In this document: piece by piece, positions 43,793-52,396 of the stretch | How positions within the stretch are numbered: the stretch's first letter is position 1 | Layout: every line of letters starts with the position of its first letter | NCBI GenBank assembly: GCA_964458775.1 | Contig: CAYWLQ010000003.1 | Location: 17,923-81,922 of the forward strand | Length of the DNA stretch: 64,000 nt | Direction of reading: 5' to 3' | Origin: an uncultured Myxococcales bacterium | Lineage (GTDB): Bacteria > Myxococcota_A > Polyangia > JAAYKL01 | Program-made: the position numbers and the translations under genes | The notes under the pieces: model-generated | Seen by the model: only the letters and a program-made list of their open reading frames with translations | The model's database searches: none | What the model was told of the DNA's origin: nothing

Positions 43793-45142
43793 ATGGTTTC
43801 CGTCAATCCATTGACCAGAGAAATATTTCTAAAAATAGTCTATTACGGTCCCGGATTGGGCGGAAAAACTACCACGCTTCAGTATATTCACGAAACTACG
43901 GATCCTCAGCATTGCGGTAAGATGGTTTCGTTAGATACGCCGGTGGAGCGCACTTTATATTTTGACTACCTACCGGTAAGGCTTCCGGAAATAGGCGGTT
44001 ATGCGCTTAAGCTTCAGTTGTTTACCGTACCCGGCCAAATTCATTTTAATGCAACGCGAAAGTTAGTTCTTTCAAACGCTGACGGAGTTGTATTTGTTGC
44101 TGACAGTCAACGATCAAGATACGAAGCGAATCTGGAATCATATGATAATTTATTGTTCAATTTATCGGATTACGGAGTGAACACCGATGATTTTCCTATT
44201 ATTTTTCAATATAATAAGCGAGATTTAATTGATATTGCATCCATTGCCGATTTGGATAGAGACCTAAATCGTAAGAAAAAACCTTCCTTGGGTACAGATG
44301 CAGTCAAAGGGACTAATATATATGAAGCTCTAGAACTGATTACCAAGGAAGTGTTAAGAAATCTTAAACGCAAAGGTGTAACTCCTTCAGTTTCAGCCAA
44401 TCAGAACAATTCCGACAATGATAGAGATAATATTAGGATAGAAGAGAGCAAACCGCAGTTTTCTGAGCAAACCTCAGAAAATACAGTAAAGATTCAACTA
44501 AAAAATCTCCCCGTAAAAGCGCTTCCTTTGGAGGATGCTGTATCAAAAATTGCGGATAGAACGGCATTAGGTTCACAGGAATATTTAGGTAATTCAGGTG
44601 TTTCCTATGAATCGAAATCTGCAATTCTGAAAAACAAAACAAAACATCGCAATTCTTCAAGTCCTTATGAAGATACCATTTCGGGAATTCCGATATCTGA
44701 GGAACAAAAAGCGCCCAAAATAGTTCTGGAGCGACCGACTATTCCCGCTCCTTTTGCAGTGCCGAACCAAGTTTTTAATGTGCCTTCGACTTCAAATGCT
44801 TCTCTTAATCCTTCAGCTTCGGTTCTACCGAGATTTACGTTTGTTCCTATTTGGCCGGAACAAGCTAGAAAACGCGGAATTGAAATTGAAACAGCTATTT
44901 GTGAAAGACGTTATCTTGATGCGGCTCGTCTCATTGCATCCGAAATCGATTTGATTATTTCTATTCATAGAAGGGATGTAAAAGCTCGCTCCGCTACGAC
45001 GGTTATAGCTCTTTTGGGTTTGGATAGTGTACAATATAGAGATGTATTAAATATGGCGGATAAATCAGCATCTGAAATTACTCTTAGTAATGTTCTTTTT
45101 GCTTATCTTTATCTTTTGCAAGTTATAGAAAAGAGTCGTTAG
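43793..45142 (+). CDS. MglA-family Ras-like GTPase with C-terminal extension of about 255 aa
   Basis: The first ~195 aa are collinear with M. xanthus MglA as I recall it. The motifs are KIVYYGPGLGGKTTTLQYI, ERTLYFDYLP, LFTVPGQ, ADGVVFVADSQ and QYNKRDL. An S/N/P-rich linker and a helical C-terminal domain of about 90 aa follow. Confidence 0.85.
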   Translation: MVSVNPLTREIFLKIVYYGPGLGGKTTTLQYIHETTDPQHCGKMVSLDTPVERTLYFDYLPVRLPEIGGYALKLQLFTVPGQIHFNATRKLVLSNADGVVFVADSQRSRYEANLESYDNLLFNLSDYGVNTDDFPIIFQYNKRDLIDIASIADLDRDLNRKKKPSLGTDAVKGTNIYEALELITKEVLRNLKRKGVTPSVSANQNNSDNDRDNIRIEESKPQFSEQTSENTVKIQLKNLPVKALPLEDAVSKIADRTALGSQEYLGNSGVSYESKSAILKNKTKHRNSSSPYEDTISGIPISEEQKAPKIVLERPTIPAPFAVPNQVFNVPSTSNASLNPSASVLPRFTFVPIWPEQARKRGIEIETAICERRYLDAARLIASEIDLIISIHRRDVKARSATTVIALLGLDSVQYRDVLNMADKSASEITLSNVLFAYLYLLQVIEKSR

Positions 45143-45278
45143 TATACCTTGCCAAACTAACAGATATCGTTTAGCAAAGTTCTTGCGCAAAATGCAAAAC
45201 ATAAGGATTGTATTCATATGTACTACAAAGTAACCTGCTTGCGAAAAAACGACTGAGTTTTGTTAAATAGGAGAAAAA

Positions 45279-48200
45279 ATGGTAAGCGATAAGAAGGCTA
45301 ATAAGAAGATCGCAAACGACAAAAGCACTTTAAGCAAACAGCCTTTTCTAAAAAACCGGTGGAATCAGATAATGATTGCACTGATTATAGGCACAGTTGC
45401 ATACGCTTTTATTGATAAAGACAAAGACGGACGCTCAACAGCACTGAGAATATACGAAAGCCTGGTAAAGGGAGAAGCCTCTGACAATGTTGTTCAAAAT
45501 ATTAAAGACGGCATAGCTAAAGCAACAGAAGGTTGTGCCAAGCCGTCTTCTGAAGAAGTTGAGGCGCATTACAAGGATAATGCCGGATCATTGCCGGTGG
45601 CTCCGGATTTTGACGCTGATCCTGGTGAAATATGCGGCAACGGCAAGTCACTATTTTGCACATCCAAGCCGCCGCAAAAACCTATTCCCGATTCTTGGAA
45701 AGCACCGCCTCGTCAGGGAACAGATCCCAACTATATTGGTCCTGAACCGGGAGCACCTTTTAAGGAATCTCCTTACGCTATGCCGTCTCCAAAGATCATT
45801 CTAGTTCGCGACCCAATTCAGGATCATAAAGACCCGGCTATGGTGCCTGAGGTAAAAAAGGCTGCAGGTCGAGCTGCCGGGAAAATTGGATATTTGGGAA
45901 ACCGAGATCCCAAAAGCACTTTTGTGGATTTCGGTCCGCATTTGGTTCCTTTGGAGGCAAGCACCTTTGAAGGCGATGATGATGAGGTAGTTGCCAAGGA
46001 CCTTTTAGCAAAGGGTATTGATTTTGTTTTGGTGGATCGGACATCACCCAGGGTCGGTCCGTGGATAGAAGAAAAAATGTCCAGTGTTCGTATCAGATTG
46101 CGAGATGCTGTAAGTCTTTCCTGGTTTCATCCGGTGGTGCTTGGCTCAGGATATGCAATGTTTCGCGTTGCTGAACCTTTTGTTATTCCCAAACATATCA
46201 AGCGTAGAATGGTAACCAGAGCTAGGGAGATAATGAAAGGCGAAACTCCTTCTAATCTAAATTTCGCAATATCCAATGCTGCTGTCGGTATGGATGAGTT
46301 TCGTGCGGTTGTTTCTCTTAGATGGAGGAATGAAGCCGGTTTAAAAGGAAGAAAGCTTGTAAAACGCATCGCGTCCGGGAAGTCTCTCATTGATGCTATC
46401 GACAAAGCTTCAGCATCTATTAATAAAGATTGGGCTTCAATTGCAAAATCGACTTTGGAGGATGATACTGTAAGCATTTCAAATGTTCCCGAAAACATTA
46501 AAGATGCATTGTCGAAAATGGAGATAGAAATAGAGGTTCTTTATAATGTATGCGCTTTGACTGACAAAAGAGCTCGCAATCTTGTATGGTACCTTGAACT
46601 TGGACTCGAAGGGTTAGCCATGCAAGGAAAAGGCAAGTTTCATTATTTGGAACCGGCTTATGCCGTGCATATGGAAATCGCGTCAGAGGTTCAATATCTA
46701 GAAAGAATGCTAAAGAAGCAGGGTTTTTCTCAGTTTCTAAGAGAGCCAAAAAAGACTAACAAGAAAAGAGGTTTGGTTCTTAACGAAACAGCCTGGATGA
46801 ATGATACAGAATACAGGTTGAGTAGATTTCGTACAGTACATTGGATTGAACGGGAAGCAAACGGCGAAATTGTTGAACTCTATCGTGGAGTACCGCTGAA
46901 AACCATATGGGATGTTTCTCGTCCTGCTTTGGTGCGTTCTTTGGAACTGGGTGCTGAATGGCTTATGAACAATCAAACACCGGACGGACAGTATGCTTAT
47001 AAATATGCTCCGACCAACAAACCGGGAAGACGATGGGAAGCGGGAGGCAATATTGTTCGTCATGCGCTTAATCCGTACACACTTCTCATGGTCAATAAGA
47101 TTAAACCGGACCCCAAATATGTAGAGAGTGCAAAGAAAGGAATTGAGTTTACACTCTCTTTTCTCAGGCACGCAGGCAATCGATGTGTAATATGTCACAG
47201 AGATCCGCCGGCTCGTTATTACAACGCCAAGATCGGTACTGTGGCAGTTACAATACTGTCCATTCTAAAGCTAGGTGATGTCGCTGATATTTCTGAGTAC
47301 GACAGCGTGTTGAAATGCTTAGCAGAAGAATTGCTGTTTATGCAGGACAAAAACGGACACTTTTGGCAATACGATGTTCCTCCGGATCATCCATACTATG
47401 GAGCAGAAAGCACCATTGCGCCTGGTGAGTTTATCTTTGCGCTTTCCAGACTTTATACTCATTATAAAGATGAGAAGTATAAGAAAGCAGTGGATCTAGC
47501 TTTGCCGTGGTACATGAAAGCATGGCGCCAACTGGAAAAAGAGCGAACTCCTGAGGGCGTATATGATGAAGAACATCGCGTAAATCTAATCGGAATTGTT
47601 CCTTGGCTGGTGACCGCTATGAATGATTTGCATTTGACCACCAATGATCAACAGTATGCTGATATAGCTTTTGAGCAGCAGGATTGGATAGACAACGAGT
47701 ATTTCTGGTATTTAAACAGGTCGCAATATGCTGACTATGCAGGTGCGTCCTTTAAAACCCACAGAGAGCTTCCGGCTATCAACTCCTGTCAGTATACAGA
47801 AGGAGCTGCTGCCGCCTACGATCTGGCAAAACGTATCAATCGCGATGTTGAAAAACGCCGTCAGATAGTGGTTCATGGAATGAGATTCTGTTTGCAAACA
47901 CAATATGACAGTTATGACAACACATTCTTCCTGCCTATTCCGGAAGAAGCAATGGGAGGTTACAGATATACAATAGGACACTTGAAACTCCGAAACGACT
48001 ATAGTTATCACGCTATGGCGGCAATTGCTCAAGCTGTAGACTATTTAGAACCGGATGACTATCCGGCAGAAAGACCGATAAGAATCCCGCCGGTATTAAA
48101 AGAGCTCTTGGGTGAAGTGGCAAACCCGCCTATGGATGTTCCAAGAACCCGTCCTTTGGAACCGGGAAAAAAGATTGAAATTCCTGTGCCGACAGTTCAA

Positions 48201-48314
48201 GAACAAACCGCTCCCAAAGAAGACAATGTGCAAGCGCTTCCGCCGAAACCGAGCATTCAAAGACCGCCAATACAATACAGCAAAGACCAAAATCAGGATG
48301 ATGACGAGGAATAA
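45279..48314 (+). CDS. Large membrane-anchored hypothetical protein (possible alpha/alpha-toroid C-terminal domain)
   Basis: 1011 aa. A Lys-rich N-terminus is followed by one TM helix (IMIALIIGTVAYAFI). The C-terminal ~450 aa show a repeated helical-hairpin pattern (WLMNNQTPDGQYAY..., LFMQDKNGHFWQY...). The tail is Pro/Gln/acidic. AGGAGAAAAA RBS. Fold assignment is weak. Confidence 0.55.
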   Translation: MVSDKKANKKIANDKSTLSKQPFLKNRWNQIMIALIIGTVAYAFIDKDKDGRSTALRIYESLVKGEASDNVVQNIKDGIAKATEGCAKPSSEEVEAHYKDNAGSLPVAPDFDADPGEICGNGKSLFCTSKPPQKPIPDSWKAPPRQGTDPNYIGPEPGAPFKESPYAMPSPKIILVRDPIQDHKDPAMVPEVKKAAGRAAGKIGYLGNRDPKSTFVDFGPHLVPLEASTFEGDDDEVVAKDLLAKGIDFVLVDRTSPRVGPWIEEKMSSVRIRLRDAVSLSWFHPVVLGSGYAMFRVAEPFVIPKHIKRRMVTRAREIMKGETPSNLNFAISNAAVGMDEFRAVVSLRWRNEAGLKGRKLVKRIASGKSLIDAIDKASASINKDWASIAKSTLEDDTVSISNVPENIKDALSKMEIEIEVLYNVCALTDKRARNLVWYLELGLEGLAMQGKGKFHYLEPAYAVHMEIASEVQYLERMLKKQGFSQFLREPKKTNKKRGLVLNETAWMNDTEYRLSRFRTVHWIEREANGEIVELYRGVPLKTIWDVSRPALVRSLELGAEWLMNNQTPDGQYAYKYAPTNKPGRRWEAGGNIVRHALNPYTLLMVNKIKPDPKYVESAKKGIEFTLSFLRHAGNRCVICHRDPPARYYNAKIGTVAVTILSILKLGDVADISEYDSVLKCLAEELLFMQDKNGHFWQYDVPPDHPYYGAESTIAPGEFIFALSRLYTHYKDEKYKKAVDLALPWYMKAWRQLEKERTPEGVYDEEHRVNLIGIVPWLVTAMNDLHLTTNDQQYADIAFEQQDWIDNEYFWYLNRSQYADYAGASFKTHRELPAINSCQYTEGAAAAYDLAKRINRDVEKRRQIVVHGMRFCLQTQYDSYDNTFFLPIPEEAMGGYRYTIGHLKLRNDYSYHAMAAIAQAVDYLEPDDYPAERPIRIPPVLKELLGEVANPPMDVPRTRPLEPGKKIEIPVPTVQEQTAPKEDNVQALPPKPSIQRPPIQYSKDQNQDDDEE

Positions 48315-48336
48315 GCTCCGTCGAGTTTAGATAACG

Positions 48337-48411
48337 CGCCGGATACAATACCCCGCCGGATACAATACCGCTCACAGGATAAATTGGCGTATACAATACC
48401 ACCCATTGTAT
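48337..48411. repeat. Three direct copies plus one inverted partial copy of an ATACAATACC-containing motif
   Basis: CGCCGGATACAATACC occurs exactly at 48337-48352 and 48354-48369. A degenerate copy, GGCGTATACAATACC, is at 48386-48400. An inverted ATTGTAT is at 48405-48411. The element lies between convergent stop codons (48314 and 48534). Confidence 0.7.
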
Positions 48412-48533
48412 AAAATGTGTAATTACGGAATGTTACGAAGAGGCAGGTCTCTCATGCTCGCTAAGGTTATTACAAGAATACAATGATTCTCAAATCAACA
48501 TGGAATTTTTGGAAAACTCCGGCAATAATTTGT

Positions 48534-51416
48534 TCAGCTGTGTTTTGATTTGTTTATGCGGCTGAAGGAGCGGCTTACCGGGAGTACTCTGGCGAGATAT
48601 TCCCCTGTGTAGGAGTTTTTCGCGTGTACGATGTCTTCAGGAGTACCGGAGGCTACGATCTCTCCTCCTCCGTCCCCTCCTTCCGGACCGAGATCTATTA
48701 CCCAGTCTGCACATTTTATTACGTCAAGATTGTGCTCGATAACTATTACTGTGTCACCTTGATCGACCAGATTATCCAAAACCTCTATTAATTTTCTTAC
48801 GTCATGTGCGTGGAGGCCTGTTGTCGGTTCGTCCAAAATATATAGAGTTTTGCCGTTGGATCTTCTGGATAACTCCTTAGACAGTTTAAGACGCTGAGCT
48901 TCTCCTCCCGACAAGGTGGCAGCGCTTTGTCCCAGTTTTAGATATCCCAGACCGACCTGTCTTATTGTAGCAAGCTTGTCGCGTATTTTGGGATGATTCT
49001 CCAAAAACTCAAAGGCGTGATTAACGGTCATGTTAAGGATGTCGGCAATGTTTTTACCCTTATATCTTATTTCCAGGGTTTCTCGGTTATAGCGTTTGCC
49101 TCCGCAAACCTCGCATTCAACGTACATGTCGGGCATAAAGTTCATTTCAATTCTGATCAGACCGTCTCCTTGACACGCCTCACATCGACCGCCCTTAACG
49201 TTGAATGAATAGCGGCCGGCTTTATAACCTCTCATTTTGGATTCCGGCAATTCAGAAAAAAGGTCTCTTATTTGGGTAAATACCTGCGTAAATGTTGCCG
49301 GATTTGAACGCGGTGTGCGTCCTATCGGGTTTTGATCAACGTCGATTACCTTGTCTACAAGGTGAATACCTTCTACTTTGTCACATGCAATGTCAGTTGA
49401 AGTTGTTCGATAGAATCTCTGTTTCAGAGCCGGTAAAAGCGTGTCACAAATCAGTGAGCTTTTTCCTGAACCTGACACACCGGTTACTGCCACTAAAAGC
49501 CCGAGAGGAATACGAACGTTGAGGTTTTTTAGATTGTTAGCTCTTGCACCTTTAATTACTAAAGTACGCGACTGGGAAAGCCTGCGCTTTCTGGGGATGT
49601 CGATATAATTTCTTCCAGACAGATATTTCCCGGTTAGAGATGACGGTTGTTTCATAATCTCCTTGGGTGTTCCCTGTCCTACAATCTGTCCGCCGGTACG
49701 GCCCGCTCCGGGACCCATATCAATTATGTGATCCGCTGCAAGTATGGTGTCAAAATCATGTTCCACAACAATAACGGTATTACCGTTGTTTTTAAGATCT
49801 TTAAGAGTTTCTATTAGTCGAGCGTTGTCGCGCTGATGCAGGCCGATAGAAGGTTCGTCCAGTACATACGTTACTCCCACCAAGGCGGATCCAATTTGAG
49901 TGGCCAGTCTTATTCGTTGTGCTTCTCCTCCTGACAAGGTCGCACAAGTCCTGTCCAAAGTGGTGTAATCCAGTCCGACCCTTTCGAGAAAACAAAGTCT
50001 ATTTCTAATTTCAAACAAAATGCGTTCAGCCACTTTAAGGTGTCTTTTGGAAAAAACAGCAGCATCAAAAAAAGATCTGCATTCCTTGATAGTCATGGCT
50101 GTAATTTCTGCAATGTTTTTCTCAGCGACAGTTACATTAAGACTTTCTTGACGAAGTCTGGCCCCCCCGCAGTCGCGGCACTTAACTTTGCTCATGTAGC
50201 GATGAAATTCGTCAGACAAAAAATCATGCTCGTCGTCACCGTTCTCGTCTCTTTTTCTTCGTTCATATTCTTTGCTGCGTCTTTCCAGATTGGGAACTAT
50301 TCCTTCAAAAACGCGCTTAAAAGAAAAGCTTCTGTCGTCTTTATCAACTGTAAATTCTACTTCTTCTTCAGTGCCGTTGAGCAGCAGTTCTCTGTGTTGC
50401 ACAGACAAATCCTGCCAAGGTGCATTTATATCTATTCCGAACTTGACTGTAACAGCTTCTAATAGTTGTTGGTAATATGTGGAGTTTCTCTTTGACCAAG
50501 GAACAACCGCACCTTCTCTAATAGAAAGCGAAGGATCCGGTACCAGATGTTCTTCATCAAAAAACATCATCTGTCCGAGCCCTCCGCAAGTTGGACATGC
50601 TCCAATCGGATTGTTAAAAGAAAACAAAGCCGGTGAAAGGTCAGGAATTGCAACGTTGCATTCAATACAAGCATATTTATCAGTAAAGGTTAAATCGTTA
50701 CCTTCAACCGGAGATATCACAACAATGCCGCCGGCCAGACCCAGCGCCAATTCTATGCTGTCAGCCAATCTGTTTCTAATTCCCGGTTCATTTACCAATC
50801 TGTCTATATATACGTCGAGATTGTGAGACTCTTTCTTGTCAATACGAATCTCATCACCTAGATCATAAACTTCGTCGTCAATAATCACTCTCACAAAGCC
50901 GTCGCGTTTAAAAGAAGCCAGCTCCTTTTTGAGATCGCCTTTCTTGTTGCGAATAACAGGTGCCAATACACTAAAACGTGCATTTTCTGGATATTCCATT
51001 ACTCGATCTACCATTTCGTCGATGGTCATTGTTGTAATGGGCTTTTTGCATTTGTAACAATGAGGAGAGCCGACGCGAGCAAACAGAAGCCTTAGGTAGT
51101 CATAAATTTCGGTTGCTGTTCCGACTGTGGATCTTGGATTTCGACCGGCCGAACGCTGGTCGATAGCAATTGTAGGAGATAGACCTTCGATAGACTCAAC
51201 TTCAGGTTTAGCCATTTGATCCAAAAACTGCCTGGCGTACGGCGAAAGCGATTCTACATATCTGCGCTGTCCCTCCGCATAGATAGTGTCAAATGCCAAG
51301 GAAGATTTTCCGGATCCGGACGGGCCGGTAATTACCGTAATTTGACCTCTCGGAATATCAACATCAATATCCTTTAAATTGTGTGTACAGGCTTTACGTA
51401 TCTTAATCGTTTGCAC
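48534..51416 (-). CDS. uvrA: Excinuclease ABC subunit A
   Basis: 960 aa. Two ABC modules (GPSGSGKSSLAFDTIYAEGQRRY, GVSGSGKSSL, LSGGEAQR twice) and zinc-finger CxxC pairs. GTG start with GAGAGGTAGG upstream. Confidence 0.97.
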   Translation of the reverse strand: MQTIKIRKACTHNLKDIDVDIPRGQITVITGPSGSGKSSLAFDTIYAEGQRRYVESLSPYARQFLDQMAKPEVESIEGLSPTIAIDQRSAGRNPRSTVGTATEIYDYLRLLFARVGSPHCYKCKKPITTMTIDEMVDRVMEYPENARFSVLAPVIRNKKGDLKKELASFKRDGFVRVIIDDEVYDLGDEIRIDKKESHNLDVYIDRLVNEPGIRNRLADSIELALGLAGGIVVISPVEGNDLTFTDKYACIECNVAIPDLSPALFSFNNPIGACPTCGGLGQMMFFDEEHLVPDPSLSIREGAVVPWSKRNSTYYQQLLEAVTVKFGIDINAPWQDLSVQHRELLLNGTEEEVEFTVDKDDRSFSFKRVFEGIVPNLERRSKEYERRKRDENGDDEHDFLSDEFHRYMSKVKCRDCGGARLRQESLNVTVAEKNIAEITAMTIKECRSFFDAAVFSKRHLKVAERILFEIRNRLCFLERVGLDYTTLDRTCATLSGGEAQRIRLATQIGSALVGVTYVLDEPSIGLHQRDNARLIETLKDLKNNGNTVIVVEHDFDTILAADHIIDMGPGAGRTGGQIVGQGTPKEIMKQPSSLTGKYLSGRNYIDIPRKRRLSQSRTLVIKGARANNLKNLNVRIPLGLLVAVTGVSGSGKSSLICDTLLPALKQRFYRTTSTDIACDKVEGIHLVDKVIDVDQNPIGRTPRSNPATFTQVFTQIRDLFSELPESKMRGYKAGRYSFNVKGGRCEACQGDGLIRIEMNFMPDMYVECEVCGGKRYNRETLEIRYKGKNIADILNMTVNHAFEFLENHPKIRDKLATIRQVGLGYLKLGQSAATLSGGEAQRLKLSKELSRRSNGKTLYILDEPTTGLHAHDVRKLIEVLDNLVDQGDTVIVIEHNLDVIKCADWVIDLGPEGGDGGGEIVASGTPEDIVHAKNSYTGEYLARVLPVSRSFSRINKSKHS

Positions 51417-51662
51417 GACCTACCTCTCAAAAATCTCAAATTGTATTTTAATAATATGAACTGTTCTCTAAGCGTCGATCCTATAAACCTTAATTCCCAC
51501 TGCCCAATAACTCGTTTCTGACATAGGATCAAGCAGGTAAAAACAATATCGCCTACGCTTTTTTGTTATTTTAAGGTTTCTAATTGTTTCTAGTAGGTTA
51601 CACTTCTTAAAAACGCCGGTGAAATGAAAGAAGGTTTAGTGTAATTGGATTTTAAAACGACT

Positions 51663-51692
51663 TTCTTGTTTTTAGGTCACTATTGTACAATA
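51663..51692 (+). promoter_or_regulatory. Possible promoter with 12-bp perfect palindrome over the -10
   Basis: The promoter is TTCTTG (51663-51668), a 17-nt spacer and TACAAT (51686-51691). TATTGTACAATA (51681-51692) is a perfect palindrome. The site lies upstream of the MBL-fold gene in the spacer shared with divergent uvrA. Confidence 0.3.
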
Positions 51693-51801
51693 TATCGAAG
51701 CGTCTGATAGATCGCATTTAAAATCAGATGCTTTTTTTTACACCAATTTGCCAATGGAGTTCATTGTATCTATGATACGAGACACTACGAAAGGCTTGTC
51801 G

Positions 51802-52395
51802 ATGCGTATTAACTGTCTAGAAAAAAATTCTTCAAAATACAGCTCTAATGCTTATCTTATTCGAGGCGACAAAAACTGTCTGGAAGATGTTAATACCTTG
51901 ATCGACACCGGTGTTGACGGAAGTGTTGTCGGCTTTGTGAGGTCTGTGTATACGGGTGTCGGAAAGAAACCTGTTGAACAAGTAATTCTTACTCACTGCC
52001 ACTTTGACCATATCGGCGGTGTCAGCGCCGTCAAAGAGGAATTCAATGCATTGGTACTAGGATTCGGTCATAATCATCCTGTTGAGAAAACCCTACGTGA
52101 CGGACAGGTCATTCGTATAGGAGATCGTGACTGTACGATCATCCATTGCATTGAACATTCTAGTGATTCTGTTCTGGTCTATGAACCGCGAGAGGGCATT
52201 TTGTTTTCCGGAGACACACCTCTTGATATAAAAAGCGACGGCGGAGAATATCATAAGGCTTATCTCAAGGTCTTAGAACGCCTAATCAACTTTAATATAT
52301 CTCTTATCTATCCGGGACACGGACCGCCGATTGAAAAAGCTCATGAGGTAATATCGAGAACTTACAAAATAGTGAGTAACAGCAAATTAATCTGA
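51802..52395 (+). CDS. MBL-fold metallo-hydrolase
   Basis: The HxHxDH motif is THCHFDHIGG. ATG 51802 is preferred; the track start is 51748. Confidence 0.75.
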   Translation: MRINCLEKNSSKYSSNAYLIRGDKNCLEDVNTLIDTGVDGSVVGFVRSVYTGVGKKPVEQVILTHCHFDHIGGVSAVKEEFNALVLGFGHNHPVEKTLRDGQVIRIGDRDCTIIHCIEHSSDSVLVYEPREGILFSGDTPLDIKSDGGEYHKAYLKVLERLINFNISLIYPGHGPPIEKAHEVISRTYKIVSNSKLI

Positions 52396-52396
52396 G

